DNA of 64,000 nucleotides. Origin: Protoeuglena noctilucae (Eukaryota). The DNA lies in NCBI GenBank assembly GCA_958009085.1, contig OY253685.1, positions 62,001 through 126,000 on the forward strand. Direction: 5' to 3'. Shown here in pieces: positions 61,856-64,000 of this stretch (its first letter is position 1; every line of letters starts with the position of its first letter). The notes below the pieces were generated by a model. That model saw nothing but the letters and a program-made list of their open reading frames with translations, made no database searches and was not told where the DNA came from. The position numbers were made by a program, and so were the translations under genes.

Positions 61856-64000
61856 ATGAGCACCGGCGAGCTCATCCGGGACGCGGCGCGGCGCGCGCAA
61901 GCCCGTGAGTGCACCTGCATGTCGCCGTTTTTGAGCGTCGCCCCGCGCGTCCCGGAGGACCTCTCGCGCTGCCATCGCCTTCCAGGAGATGCCATCTGTT
62001 CTGCGAAGCCTGTATTGGGCTCATAATCATCTCACCCTCTCCGCCATCGCGGGTGTCGACAGGGCGCGCCGTTGTTGCCTATTCCTGCCCAAGCGCTGCG
62101 GCCTCCGCAGATGCCTACCTCGCCGTCGCGGAGGAGACGGTCAAGGCGGCCCACGATGCGGTCCGGACGTACCTGGTGGAGACCTTCCGGGCCAGGAAGG
62201 GCGCTACGCTCCGGGGGCTCGTGACCGTGTCCTGGGTCCAGGACGGCGCGTCGAGGGCGCTGCGGCCCGCGCTCGAAGTGGACCCCGCCTTCCTCCGGCA
62301 GCATGGCCTCACGCAGCTCAACCCTCAGTCGAGAGGTGCGCTGCGCCCCTGGCAGGCATGTTGCCCACTACGCAGCTGTGAGCCCGGCCTGCCCATGCTT
62401 CGCGCCCTTATGCGATGCGCCCGCAGGGGCCGTCGGCAGGGAGAAGCGGCAGGTGGAGGAGAACCCGACGGCCAAGATCGCCCTCAAGTTCGCACGGGGC
62501 CTGAGCCGTGACGACATCGCGACCATCCTCAAGTTCCTCGCAGCAGCCTTTGGCGCAGCCGCCGCACGGGGGGCTGCGGAACTGGACCTGGGGATCGGGA
62601 AGCTGGTCGCACGGTCGCGGGCGCTGGACATGCACTTCGGCCCCGAGTTTGCGCGGGGGGGCGGTGCGCCCGTGCGGGCGCCCGACCAGGCGCACGCTGG
62701 TGCGAGGGGCGTCGGCGCCGAGTCCCCGGCGCCACGTGGACCGGGCGCGGGGGACATGAGGCGCGGGGAGGCGGGGCCAGGGGCGTCTGCCACGGCTAGG
62801 AACGGCGAGGACGCCTCGCACAAGCGGGTCGCCAGGACGGCGATGGTGATGGGCGGCGCGGTGCAGAACGGGCGCCGGGCGCAGGCGGCTGGGGCGGTTG
62901 CGGTAGGGGCGCGCGCGGTGGCCGCCCCGGCCGAGCTGCACCTCCAGGGCAGAGCGGCGCGCGCGGCCCGGAGTGGTCTGCGGTCAGACGACTGGGCCGC
63001 TGAGCTGGCGGAGGCGCGGCCGAGGTGACTTAAGGGCACAGCCGGGTCTTAGCATATCTCGATTGGCACCGGCGCATGCGCACGCACTCAGCATGAGACC
63101 CCCATGGCGCCGCTGCCATACAGGGACGCGGAGGTGGCCGAGGCACCTCTGCCCGCAAAGGGGGCGATGGACTCGGTTGGGAAGTTGATGGAGAGGCTGG
63201 GAGACCCTTTCGCGGACGACCGGCCAGCGCGGCGCGTGGCGCCCGAGCCGGACGGCCGAGTTACATCCCTGCCCGGGCTTGCTGACGACAACAACCAGGG
63301 CGAGGTGTACGCCTTCTACCGGCGAGGAATGGGGGCTGACTTGCTCCAGGTGACGACGCCGGGGTCAGCTTAATACGCCATGGTGACCTGCGATGGTCTC
63401 TTGATGGAACGGTGACTTCTGCCTTGTCCGCAGAAGCGAGGGAAGAAGCAGTTCGGGATCTCCACGCACTCAGGGGACCAGGCAGCGAAGGGGATGCGGA
63501 TGGACCAGGGAGAGGCCACGGTCCTGTACTACCAAGGTGCAGTCTCGTCTCGCTCTGTTGGGCCCACGCGCTCGGATCAGGCCGCGCAAGCACGGGGATG
63601 CATGACAGTCCTGGGCTCGAAAGCAGCCTTCATTGACATCTTCCGTAGGCAAGAAGCCCCTCATGGTCGCGAACCGGAGCTTCCAGCGCAAGGTCAATGG
63701 GTTCGGCCAGGGCAACATTGTGTTGGACGACGCGGCGCGCAGGATCCAGGAGGAGAGGTGAGGGGCGAGAGGCGCGGGAAGGGCGGTAAGGATAAGCGAG
63801 GAGTTGACTGACCGCGGCCCGGCGCGCTTCTTGCGCAGGGATGCGGTGCTGCGTGAGGAGAAGGCCAAGGAGGAGGAGATGGAGCGCAGGCGGCTGATGC
63901 TGAACGCGGACGCGCAGGACTTGGTGGCGAAGAAGAAGGACCAGGAGCGTCGCGTGCTGCAGGAGCTCAAGGGGCTGGCGGAGGCCCGGACCAACCAGAC
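61856..64000 (+). CDS. CCDC81-like protein (HU-like N-terminal domains plus coiled coil), runs off the window
   Basis: DPAFLRQHGL, NPTAKIA and LDLGIGKL...F.PEF resemble the CCDC81 HU-like domains; downstream E/R/K coiled coil; phase-consistent exons. Confidence 0.55.

Noticed and set aside
1..64000. Hundreds of long overlapping ORFs in the six-frame track
   Set aside because: They are expected shadow ORFs in very GC-rich DNA; the real genes are spliced and account for the conserved motifs.
1..64000. Introner-like repeated intron elements
   Set aside because: I saw no intron sequence shared between different introns; each echo matches only its own neighbouring exon. An all-versus-all intron alignment would be needed to exclude this fully.

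Overview
Very GC-rich, intron-dense eukaryotic nuclear DNA, most likely from a flagellated chlorophyte green alga (inferred from a plastid-type MurE, plastid-type threonine deaminase, and the ciliary/centrosomal genes MORN3 and CCDC81-like). I reconstructed about 20 tightly packed spliced genes by hand: an orphan, MurE, CDC73, a RING-kinase-beta-helix fusion, an Aurora-like kinase, PRA1, a TPT/NST transporter, threonine deaminase, an Ulp1 protease, OGFOD1/Tpa1, SAP30BP, peroxisomal Lon, MORN3, a coiled-coil RING protein, ORC5, ERO1, a saccharopine-dehydrogenase-like protein, an F-box/ankyrin protein, a small orphan and CCDC81-like. The most unusual signals lie in gene architecture. (1) At least 15 short 'echo' copies of exon ends or starts, usually including the splice site, sit 35-150 nt away inside the adjacent intron, and they differ from the real exon mostly at synonymous positions. 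(2) About 22 of roughly 120 inferred introns (about 18%) use GC donors, mostly AG|GCGAG. (3) Two apparently coding stretches contain an in-frame TAG. (4) Many introns are G-rich at the 5' end and C-rich at the 3' end. No tRNA, rRNA, CRISPR array or recognisable transposon was found. All exon models and counts are manual and need RNA-seq confirmation.
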